Below, piece after piece: positions 13,631 to 25,401 of a stretch of DNA of 64,000 nucleotides. The position numbers and the translations under genes were made by a program. Position 1 is the first letter of the stretch. Each line of letters begins with the position of its first letter. The notes below the pieces were generated by a model that did not search any database, was not told the origin of the DNA, and was given only the letters and a program-made list of their open reading frames with translations. Origin of the DNA: the human T2T-CHM13v2.0 reference genome, Homo sapiens; NCBI RefSeq assembly GCF_009914755.1, contig NC_060933.1. One strand, written 5' to 3'.

Positions 13631-15617
13631 CATATCATTGATTCTTTTATTTGCACTCCAAAGTATTTACATGAACACTCTTCACTGAAGAGAAGGCAAA
13701 AGTCCTACCTGAAGAAAGCATATTCATATTGTGGAGTGAAGATGAATAAGGGAAATTATGGGAAGTTAAATAAAGTCCAATAAAGCACCCAGAACTCATT
13801 TGTCCTCTCTGTAAATGGCATGATTCTTGCCTCTAAAAATGGCATATTTCATAATGCCAATGCTTTATGGTGGGTACTCTCCTTGGCCTGCCATTGGTTA
13901 CCTACATTGGGACAAGGGTATTGAGATTCCTGGAAGAAAGTTATAACTCTAAGACGATGTATTGTTCAAAAATTAACAAGACTAAAGCAAAAACAAACAA
14001 ATGAAAAATCTCTGGGGTTTCCTCTCCTTTTTCTTTTTTAAAATGATTTTTTAAATTGATTTAATATCTGTGTAGAAGCCAGCAAAATTGCTGTTTACTT
14101 ATCCTGTAGCTTCTGAGTGTCTTCTTTGCCCCTTTGCTCTCTCTCTTCCCCCTGTTACAGGCTATAGATATGATTAAGAAAGATCTATGTAATGGTGTTA
14201 AGTTACTACACTCTTTGGAGGAGAGATTTCTGGGGACAGGCCTGCGATAAGGGTGAGAGGAGTTGGATCCAGTCGTGAGAGTCAGATAGGCAGCTCACCC
14301 ACACACAACCTCTCCACAAGCGAGACAGCTTCCCGGCCTTTCTTGCTTGTTTTAATCTGTGAATGTTTCCCAGAAAGAAATAGTAACTTCTTTTTCTGGC
14401 AGGGGTGCCTCCTGAAACTCCCTGAAAACAGGGCCTCTCCCTCCCCTTCAGGCTGGCCTCACACATGCTAATGCAAATCAGTCCTGACCCAGCCAGGGGT
14501 CTTTGGGAAGGCTGCCAGGAGCTTTAGAACAAACACGCGAAGAATGTTATTTCATTTCTGGCATCCCGGGGAAAGAGGGACAGAGAAGGAAGTTGGGCAG
14601 TAAAGGGGGTGGAGGGAGGGGGGAATTCATATGAATGCTTACTGCAATAAGAGTGAAGCAAATGGAAAGGACAGCAGGAAATTCTTAGGAATAAAGGGCC
14701 TACTAGGTGCCAGAAATGGACATATGGAATATTTGGTTTTAATTTCACACATACACTCTGAAGAAGAATTTATTACTCTCACTTTTTGGATGCAGGAAGA
14801 GGCTTGGTCTCCAAGGTTAGGCAATTTTTCAAAGGCTACCCAGCTAAGAACTGAGGGAGTCAGAATTTGAAACCAGATTTTTACATTTCAAACCTTGGGC
14901 TCTGTCTTCTCACTAAGGCTGGCTTACTGGTTGTGCTTTGATAGATTCCCAACAAAACCCGCGAGTGCAACAGCCCCACATGCCATGACCTCCATCGTCT
15001 GTCTCCTCCTTTCCAGCCCCCTGCATGGTTCTAATTCCAGATTCATTCAGCCAGACCCCGAGCTAGTCTCCCTACCTGCAGTCTCCTCTATTCTAACTTA
15101 TACACCACGAAGATCTTTCTATAACCCAACTGTGGCCTTATCACTGCTCCTCCTTAGCACACGTTATGAGGCCTTGCAAGTCCTGCCTCTCCAACCTCAT
15201 ATACTGTACATTTCAACTGCCCTGAATCTCTGTTGTACCCCATATGTGGTCCCTTCAATATCCTACCTCCCTGCCTTCATTTCAGCTATTCCTTCTGCCT
15301 GTGATGCAATAACTTCCCCAGTTCTAAGTGTTCAATGCTATCCATTCTTCCAGACCTAGCTCAAAGGCACCTCCCCAAAGGCACACTAGCTGTTAGAGAT
15401 CACAGCCTCCTCAGAACTCGCATGCCTTTATTATGGGGCAAATCACCTTCTACCCCCAATATGATTAGCTGCTTAAAAGTTTGTCCCTAACACTGGGCAA
15501 AGCTCTTTCAGTCTCAGCCATAAGACTTTGAATTGCAGCTTGGTCACTGCCTAAGAGAGAAGTGCATAAGAATACACAAGTGCAGATTTTGGAGCTAGAT
15601 AGCTTGTGTTAGAATCA

Positions 15618-16049
<432 letters not shown>

Positions 16050-16561
16050 TTAGAGGGTACCATATTATTAAGGTTCAAAGAGTTAGTGGACCAAAAGACT
16101 TTGCATAATGAATGGCATGTAATAGAGTTTGATAAATGGTACATGATGACAACGACTGGGAGGCAGGAACCATGTTCTTGGCTGATAGCTACACTGCATA
16201 CATGACAGACTGTCTTCATTCATTCAACCTGTAATACCTATTATCGATCTTTGATGTTTGCTAAATTAAGTACCTACTAAGTGCCAGGCCATATGTTATG
16301 GATTTACAGGTAACTAAACCATGGTTTCTAAAACCTATTCTACTCTTAGATTACAGACAGTTTTCATTCTTTATGATAAAGAGAAACATTATAGGTTCAA
16401 GGAATAGTAGAATAAAAAGAGAGGGAGGAAAGGCATCTCTTGTTACGTCAGATGATGGGGGAAAACAATCCAAACTAGCCAGATCCCATGTCCAAAGGGC
16501 TTCTGGGAGATGCTCAGGAACAGAAAAACGTGAGTAACTGCACAGTGGGCAGGACAATTAG

Positions 16562-16915
<354 letters not shown>

Positions 16916-18079
16916 AAAGACCTACTCAAGAAAGATCTTATATGTACTTGGTATGTGTTTAATATTGTTCTGGACACCCTATGCTTGGGAGCTCTGCATG
17001 TGTATTTGTTTCACAACAAAATTCTAACATGGAAAATGGCAATACCCTCACTGTACAGATATAGAAATTGAGACCCAGGAGAAATAAGCATCTTGTATAG
17101 CCAGAAACTGTCTGAGATTTGAAATGACCCTAGAATAGTCTGACTCAAGACCCCATGCTCGTAGACTCTCAGATACCCAAGAGGATCGGGGCAGATGGGT
17201 GCTTGAATCTAGTACCAGAGAGCAGCAGGTAGGCTATAACGGAGGTGAAGAGTCCTGGTTCAGCCCAGCTCTGCTCTGCCTGTCTGGGTGACCTGGGTCA
17301 AGCCCTATCTCCTCCCTGGGCTTTAGTTTTTCCCATAAAGAGAGAGGGTTTAGATCAGTGGTGTTTGCAGTCTCACTATCCTGTGATTCAAATATGAAAG
17401 TGGAATAGGGTTGTTGGTGGATGGGGGTCTGTCTTTGGAGGAAAGGAGAACAGAGCAGCAAGAAAAATGCCAGAAGTCTGGATTCCGTCTCACCTCTGAC
17501 TCTCTACACATCATTAATGGTAATCCCTGCAGTCCACTAACACCTTTCCAGTGATGACTCAAGACTGCTCACAACCTCCTTCACAGATGGAGATGGGCGT
17601 AGGGGGAAGGCAGCCCCTTCATGTGCAGTGATGGACCCACAGCCAAGATAATGAGAGCAGGGAAAAGTTAGGAAGCCTGGCCTCTAGCCTGGTTTCATTC
17701 CTAGAGTCTTAAATGATCAGAGTAGAAATGAACTTCTCTATCTGAGCCCCTCATTGCAATGAAAAAGAAACTGAGGATCAGAAAAATGAAGTTCTTTGCC
17801 CAAGGCCCCAGGTGGATGGACAGCAAAGCTGGGCATGCAGCCTAGGTGGGGCTTGTGATCCCACTCCAGAAGCCTCTCCCTATGTTGAACTAACTGGGTA
17901 CTTTGTTCCTGACAAGGAACCCTAAAGTAGAAAGTGATGGTCACAGCCTACTGGTAAAAGACAGAAGTCAGAAGTCAGGATTCCCATGTATCATTCCTGG
18001 CTCTGCCTTGACTATGATGCCAGAGTCTCTTGGGGTCTCAGCTTCCTCATCTATACACTGAGAGAAGTGGCCTAGATAA

Positions 18080-18350
18080 GAGTTCCCAAATTAATGATCT
18101 GCTGGTTGTTACCTACAAAATTGGTTTATTTGGCCAATTTTAAATTGGTTGCCAGCATGTAATAATTAGGAGGTTTCACATAAACATCTAGATTTCTGGC
18201 TTGGAAGATGTATTAACACCAAATCAGCAGTCTCAAATGGTAACCAGCAGCTGGAACTAAGTATTCTCTGTGCCATGCCTAATTTACTGCAGTCCTCACT
18301 CCTCCCTATTATCAAGCATCTGGCCACAATGACTCATTGCCATCACTGGC
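18080..18350. mobile_element. hAT-Charlie DNA transposon relic (MER102-like)
   Basis: GGAGGTTTCACATAAACATCTAGATTTCTGGCTT resembles the recalled MER102 interior. Confidence 0.5.
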
Positions 18351-18977
18351 AAGTTCCTCCTTACAAAGCATGGCTTAGAGTTTGCCTCATCCCTAACAGC
18401 TCCCTGCTGCCCTGAGCATGGGGCTCTCACTGCCCACCGAGACTTCCAGCCCACTGAAGGCCAGTAATAGAACATTTCCTGTAGTGATCCAAAATCAATC
18501 TGCCTTATAGCCTTGTACCACTGTCCTGCTCTCTGGAGTCACAGTGAACACATCTGTGCCCTGTACCCCTGTGCAGCTCTACAGAGGGTTGAAGACATTG
18601 GGTGCACCCTTTTGTGTCTTTTCTTAACTTGAATAAACATTCAAGGTCACTCAAGTGTTCTTCATGGTCATCATTTCAAGGGCCTCGGGGACCTGCTTCC
18701 TCTCCTCTAGGCATTGTTCAGATGCTTGGCCTTCCCCTTGCAAGTCAACTCTTTCCTGCAGCAATGAAGCTCATTCATCCCACCAACTCCCTGGAAGCTT
18801 CCCCATACTCCTCATGGAGCCCAACTTGGATGATGAGGTCCTCGCCTGCCTCCATAGCCCCAAATCTCCTACTTTCCCTGGCCTTCCACATTCCAGTTAC
18901 ACTCTCTGCTGCAGCGTTGTCTCTCGTCCCCCAGCCTGCTCACAGTCTGTCCTCTGTCCCAAATCCTCTTTTCCCTC

Positions 18978-19400
18978 ATATTAGTTTCTTAGGGCTACCA
19001 TTAAAAGGGCACCACAAATTTGGTGGCTTAAAACAACAGAAGTGTACTCTCTCAGAGTTCTAGAGGCTAGACGTGTGAAATCATGGCATCCACAGGGCCA
19101 TGCTTCCTCTGAAGGCTCTTGGAAAGAATCCTTCCTTGCCACTCTCAGCTTCGGATGGCCCGAGGTGTTCCTTGGCTTGAGGCGGCATCACTCTAATCTC
19201 AGCCTCTGTCTTCACATGCCTTCTTTGCTCTGTCTTCTCAGAGCGGCATCAGTCACTGAATTAAGGAATTAACTTAATCCAGTATTACCTCATCTTGATC
19301 CTTAAGTAAATACATCTGCAAAGATGATTTCCAAATAAAGCCCCATCCCAAGGTTTCAGGTAGATGTGAATTTTTCAAGGACACTGTTCAACCCACTGCA
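18978..19400 (-). mobile_element. MLT1B/C-like solo LTR
   Basis: TATTAGTTTCTTAGGGCT...GGTGGCTTAAAACAACAGAA...GGACACTGTTCAACCCACTGCA. Confidence 0.8.
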
Positions 19401-19928
19401 ATCCATCCTCTCACTTCCTCAGAAGACTTGCAGCGGAGGGTTCCCCTGGCTGGGCTAGTGGCTCTTCCTTGGTGTCCCCACGGTCCCTGGAGCATGATAT
19501 GCAGTGTCAGGTAACAGCCTGGTCCTTTCTCTGTATTCATCACCATGAATATGAGCTCCATGAGGGCAAATACTTTGGTTTGGTTAGTTCTGCAGCACAA
19601 GTGCCTACCTTACTGTGAGGCACCTCCTAGACAGTCAACAAATATGCGCTTTTCTTGAACACTGTGCACTGCAGTAAGTTATGAAAAATCTGTTTCCAGA
19701 TGTTTCCTGAGACTGTGCTGTTCCATTTTGGCCCAGCACATTCGCTAATCAGAGCAACACTCGCTGGTCCCCAAATGTGTGTGGACTCCATCCTTCCCCC
19801 TTTTATCAATATCAAATGGCCCTCCTGGCTCTCAACTCAACTCAGCCTGTTCTCCAAACCATGGTCAGGGTTGTCACCACAAAACACAGGTTAAGATACA
19901 TCCTGTCCCTCCTCCAGTGCCCTTCCTG

Positions 19929-19991
19929 GCTCCCCTCTGCCTGCAGGAGAAAGCCCAGCTCCCCTCCGCCTGCAGGAGAAAGCCCAGCTCC
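19929..19991 (+). repeat. 29-bp tandem duplication (2.2 copies)
   Basis: GCTCCCCTC(T/C)GCCTGCAGGAGAAAGCCCA x2, one mismatch. Confidence 0.95.
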
Positions 19992-20321
19992 TCTGCTCAG
20001 TATTCAAGGCTTAGCCCTCCAGCGCAGCCTCAGCTCCCACCCCCTCCCCACTCCACAAGGTCACATGAGCAGTCTGTGCCCTGTCCCTCTGGAACCCTGG
20101 CTGGTGTCCCATTCCTGGATGGAATCTTGACGCAGTGTGAGGAAAGAAACAGCCTGCTTGAGAGTCCCCAGCAGGTTTTAGGAGCCTCACTGTCTGTCGG
20201 CTGAAAAACAGCGTTATTTTTCCTCTACGAGTCTCTCTTGGCTTGGGATGCACGGCTGTATTTGCTTCTGGCTTGAGGACAGCTATTCCCCTCTCCCAGG
20301 CCCCAACTGTGCACTTTGGAG

Positions 20322-20336
20322 AGGTCAGTACGACCT
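20322..20336. promoter_or_regulatory. Near-perfect estrogen-response-element palindrome
   Basis: AGGTCA-GTA-CGACCT vs consensus AGGTCAnnnTGACCT (1 mismatch); motif only, no functional data. Confidence 0.4.
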
Positions 20337-20742
20337 GATGTTAGATGGAATTGAGTCGCCAGGCTGCCGTACTTGCCCCCATCCCCTAACCAATTAGGAC
20401 TGGACACCACAGCCAAGGGAAGTTCACATTCCACTCGAGTTTGGGGACATCAGTCACCCCCGTCCCTACTGAGCTCCGAGACCCTTGGCCACACCTAAAT
20501 TGCCATTCAGCCCAGAATCAGATAATAGGCAGAAATCCTTGTACTTAGGCTGGTGTGGGCTGTTTGGGTGTCGGAGGAGGAAAGTGGAGAGAAAAATGCA
20601 CAGGAGGATAAAAGAAGAGCGACCCTAGGGCTGAGCAAGAGAGGGACTGAGAAGTGATAAGAAAAGGAGAAAGAGACAGGGGTAGAGACACAGAGAGAGC
20701 AAGTAGAAGAGAGGTACATACAGACACAAAAAGACAGAGACA

Positions 20743-20885
20743 GGCCAGGCACGGTGGCTCACGCCTGTAATCCCAGTACTTTGGGAGACCAAGGCAGGTG
20801 GATGGCTTGAGCTCAGAAGTTCAAGACCAGCCTGGGCAACACAGTGAGATCCCTAATCAAAAAAAAAAAAAAAATGAAAGAAAAG
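20743..20885 (+). mobile_element. Alu left monomer (FLAM_C-like)
   Basis: Single monomer plus A tail; flanking repeat AAAAAGACAGAGA at 20728-20740 and 20886-20898. Confidence 0.85.
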
Positions 20886-21370
20886 AAAAAGACAGAGAGA
20901 GATGGACAGGAAGCCAGGGTGACACGGAGAGGGAAGTAGTGTCCATGACCAAGAAAGAGAGAACAAGAAAGAAAAGAGAAGAAACAGAGGGCAGAGGGGG
21001 AAATAAAAGGCCAGGCAGAAACAGTTAAAAAAAGAACAAAAGGAGAAAGCAAAGGAGAGATGTTACAAATATGGGAGAGGAAGCAGGGAAACAGGAAGAA
21101 AGAGAGGGAGGGGGTAGGGAGGGAGAAAGGAAGGGAGGGAGGGATACAGGAAGGAAGGGAAGGAGGAGGGAAGGGGAGGGAGAAAGGAAGGAAGGAAAGA
21201 AGGAAAGGGAGGGGTAGTGGGGGAGGAAGGGGGGAGGGAGGGAGGGAGGGAGGGAAGGAAGGAAGGAAGGAAGGAAGGAAGAGAGCCAGGGAAGAAAATG
21301 AAGAATGGAGGCAGGAAAGGAGGAATAAAATGAAATAAGGAAAGAAAAGTTCACAATGGGAAGAAAAAGC
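20886..21370 (+). repeat. GA-rich polypurine tract including (GGAA)7 at 21253-21280
   Basis: Directly visible. Confidence 0.9.
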
Positions 21371-21711
21371 CAGAACAGAGCAGCACAAGAACCCTATCAA
21401 GCCTCTCCTGGATTCTTTCCCTGGTGTGTCCTGGATAAACCCTGGGCTGCAGCTCAGGCCTCTGGTCAGCATGGAAGGTTTCCTCTTTGCTCCCTTCTCA
21501 TAGGAGCTGAAAGTCCCTTCAGGGTCCTATCTAGGATGTGGCCTGACAGGCCCACTGAGCAGGTTGGGTCACTGATGCTAAGAGAAAGCAGAAATATCTG
21601 ACCTTAAGCTGAATGAAATTCTTTCACCTGGACTAGACCCTTGCCTCCCCAGTTGCCAGGGGCTGGTGTCTGTCTTCTTGCCCCCATCATCTTTTGAAAT
21701 GCACAGCCTCA

Positions 21712-22037
<326 letters not shown>

Positions 22038-22864
22038 TCATGAAAAGTTCATTTGAGATGGCCCCTTTCAAAACCTCTTCTACAAATGGAGAAACGAAGA
22101 CCTCCAAAGTGGAAGCCACTTGCCAAAGGCCCCATAGCTGCTAAGGGCCAGAGACAGGATGACCCTCAGCAATCTCACCTCCTATCATCTGGACAAGCAC
22201 TTTTGAAAGCAAGCCCTGGAGGGCTCCTGATGACTTTCATGCTGTTTCCAGTAAATTCTGTGCTGATTTTTGGCATGAAGAAAGGAAATGAAGAGGGTAG
22301 GGTAGGAATGTAAATAAAGGGAAACATTGGGATTTCATCTAATATATAATTATAGTATCCATGGTGGTGGCCCTGGCTGCCTCTGTGATGTGCTTCCCAG
22401 GCTGTGCCCAGGAGAGGTGGTGTCCTGAGGGTGGTGGACAGGCCAGCAATGCTCCATCCAAGGCTCTCAGCCCTGGGCTTTTGGAATAGGATTGTTGGGC
22501 CAGGAGCCTGGACTTGCTTGCTGAGACACATGGGAGTCTGACAGTGCTGGGAAACAGCTCGGCAGATGAGAGCTGGGAAATCAAGGGCATCGCACAAATG
22601 ACAATGGGAGTCCATCCCTAGGGAGGAGCAGGGGTCCTCATGCAGACCCCACATACAATTGTGTGTGTAGTGCTGTGAGGACTGCGGGGAAGGGACAAAG
22701 TTTGAAATTCAATGGTAGCCATGTAGCTTTTGTGTGACAACTAAAAGTGTGTTTTCCATATTGTTTCTAACCCATTTGGGCATGGATCTTTGTATAAAAG
22801 ATCCCTGCCCACAGCTTCCACTCTGACCCCTGTCATTTCTATATGCCCAACTCTTCTCATAATT

Positions 22865-23330
22865 CGGTGTGGCAATTTTCAGTTCAGGCAGTGGAGATAA
22901 ACTGGTTGGAAATCTGCCTCTACTTACTAGCTTTGTGGCTGTAGTCAAGTTACCTAACCTCTCTGTGCCTTAGTTGCCTTATCTGTTAGGTGAGAATAGT
23001 AGCAACTACCTTACAGAGTTGTTGTGAGGATTAGATTAAATAAGGTTTATAAGAAAGAAAGAAAAAGAGAGAGAGGGAGGGAAGCAAGGAAGGAAGGATG
23101 GGTGAAGAAAGGAAGGAAGGAAAGAAGGAAGGAAGAAAGGGAGGAAGTGGGAAAGGAAGGAAGGAAGGGAGGAAGGGAAAGGAAGGGAAGGAGGGAGAGA
23201 GGGAAGTGGAAAGAAGGAGGGAGCCAAGAGAGGAAAGCAGACAGAGAAAGATAGAAATAGAAACATAGAAACCTAGAGACAGATGTAGAGATACAGTACT
23301 GGACCACAGCCTGGCACATAGTGGGTGTCT
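22865..23330 (+). mobile_element. MIR split by a polypurine expansion
   Basis: Clear MIR core (CAAGTTACCTAACCTCTCTGTGCCTTAGTT...GTTGTGAGGATTAGA); the MIR tail CAGCCTGGCACATAGT resumes after the GA tract. Confidence 0.7.
23050..23260 (+). repeat. (GGAA/GA)-rich polypurine tract
   Basis: Directly visible. Confidence 0.9.
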
Positions 23331-23419
23331 CCTGAATATTTGGTGAGAAAGTGAGTAGGAAATTTTACATGAGTGAAGGGGAGAAGTCAGTGTCTACAGA
23401 ATTTCCACATTGACTTGAA

Positions 23420-23800
23420 AATTTGTTCAAATAATTCGACAAAGATTTATTGGATTCTTAATTAGTGTCAGTTACTGTTCTAGGTACCAGGGATAGAGGA
23501 TGAACAAGGCAGGCACAGACCTTGGTCCAATGTCCTTCTAGTGAGAAAAGATAGACAAAAACAAGTAACAGAGACTAAATCATTACAGTATTAGTGAGTA
23601 CCATGGCTTTGTGTGTCTGTGTGCATGACAGGCAGGTAGATAAAAGTGGCAAAGGAAGATGTCTCTAAAGAGGCAACATCTAATCATGGACCTGAAGGAG
23701 AACAAGGAAACACACATGGGAAGAGTCAAGGGAAGGACATCCCAGGGAAAGAGAACAGTAGAGGCAAAGACCTTGAGGAAGGAAGAGACTGGCGCACTCT
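23420..23800 (-). mobile_element. L2 fragment
   Basis: Reverse L2 3' end (ATTTATTGGATTCTTA...TGTTCTAGGTACCAGGGATA; GAACAGTAGAGGCAAAGACCTTGAGG). Confidence 0.6.
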
Positions 23801-24100
23801 AGCAAGCGTGCCTGCAGAGTGGTGGGTAGGGGCAAGTGTGGGAGAAGAACGCCAACCTGCTGGAAGGCTGTGAACATATGGTGTCAGCAGAGGCCATCCC
23901 ACGTGTCACTGCTTAGGTAATGTCTGTCATCACAAATAGTAGTCACAGTGGTTACTCCTCCTCCTGCTGCCATTTGGTAAGCACTGACAATGAGCTAGAC
24001 ATTATCTTGTCCTCTTTACATATTTTAGTTCATTGTATCCTCATAACCCTATGAAATAGATCCTATTATGATTCAGTTTTATAGATAAAAAACTGAAGCA

Positions 24101-24400
24101 GTCTGGGCATGGTTGCACATGCCTGTAATCTCAGCACTTTGGGAGGCTGAGGCAGGTAAATGGCTTGAGCTCGAGACCAGCCTGGGCAACATGGCAAAAT
24201 CCCGTCTCTACAAAAGATACAAAAATTAGCTGGACATGATGGCACATGCCTGTAGTACCAGTTACTCAGGAGGCTGAGGTGGGAGGATGGCTTGAGCCTG
24301 GGAGATTGAGGCTGCAGTGAGCTGTGATTGCACCACTGCCCTCCAGAACATCAGTGACAGAGCCAGACTCTGTCTCAAAAAAATCAAAATGAAACAAAAA
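24101..24400 (+). mobile_element. AluJ inserted into a minus-strand MIR
   Basis: J-type GGAGGATGGCTTGAGCCTGGGAG..GAGGCTGCAGTGAGC; MIR resumes AGAGAGGTGAAGAAACTTGCCCAAGG. Confidence 0.9.
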
Positions 24401-25039
24401 ATCTGAAACAGAGAGGTGAAGAAACTTGCCCAAGGCCACACAGTGGGTAAAAACCCACCTCTGTCTGATTTCATAGGCCTAATTTAAAATTATGTGCATG
24501 TGCTAGTAGTGGTAGGGGATGCAGATTCACAAAGTCTATTGCCTTTCCTGTTGCTGCTTTTTGAAAAACATAGAGTGGCACTGATAACCCTTCACACGTG
24601 TACACAATCTTATGAAAATGTTGAAGTGAATTTCTGTCTACTATCCAATTTAATTTGGGGGAGGTATGACAAATTATCTCCATTTTATGGATAAGACTGA
24701 TTATCTCCATTTTAGGAATGAGAAGGATGAGGTGTGAAGTACCCCCACCTCCCATCTATAGGCTGTGATCTGAGTCTTCGGCCCCCAAGCCTAGTATTCT
24801 TTCCATTGCAAACAGTGTCATTTGCAGTTAGGAAGTTCTCTTCCACTCATACCTCACCAGGTGCTTTGAACAGCACATGGGAGGAGGGGAGGAGAGGAGC
24901 AGGTGGGCATTAAGAATCAGCTTGGGTATGAATCTGAGCTCTACTCCTTCTCATTATGTGACATTGGGGAAAATGATCACTCCCTTAAGCTCTAGCTTTC
25001 CCACCTGTGAAATGGGAGAGGCCAAAAATAACACTACCC

Positions 25040-25401
<362 letters not shown>

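Noticed and set aside
24673-24714. 15-bp direct repeat ATTATCTCCATTTTA
   Set aside because: Small duplication of a common MIR word; unremarkable.
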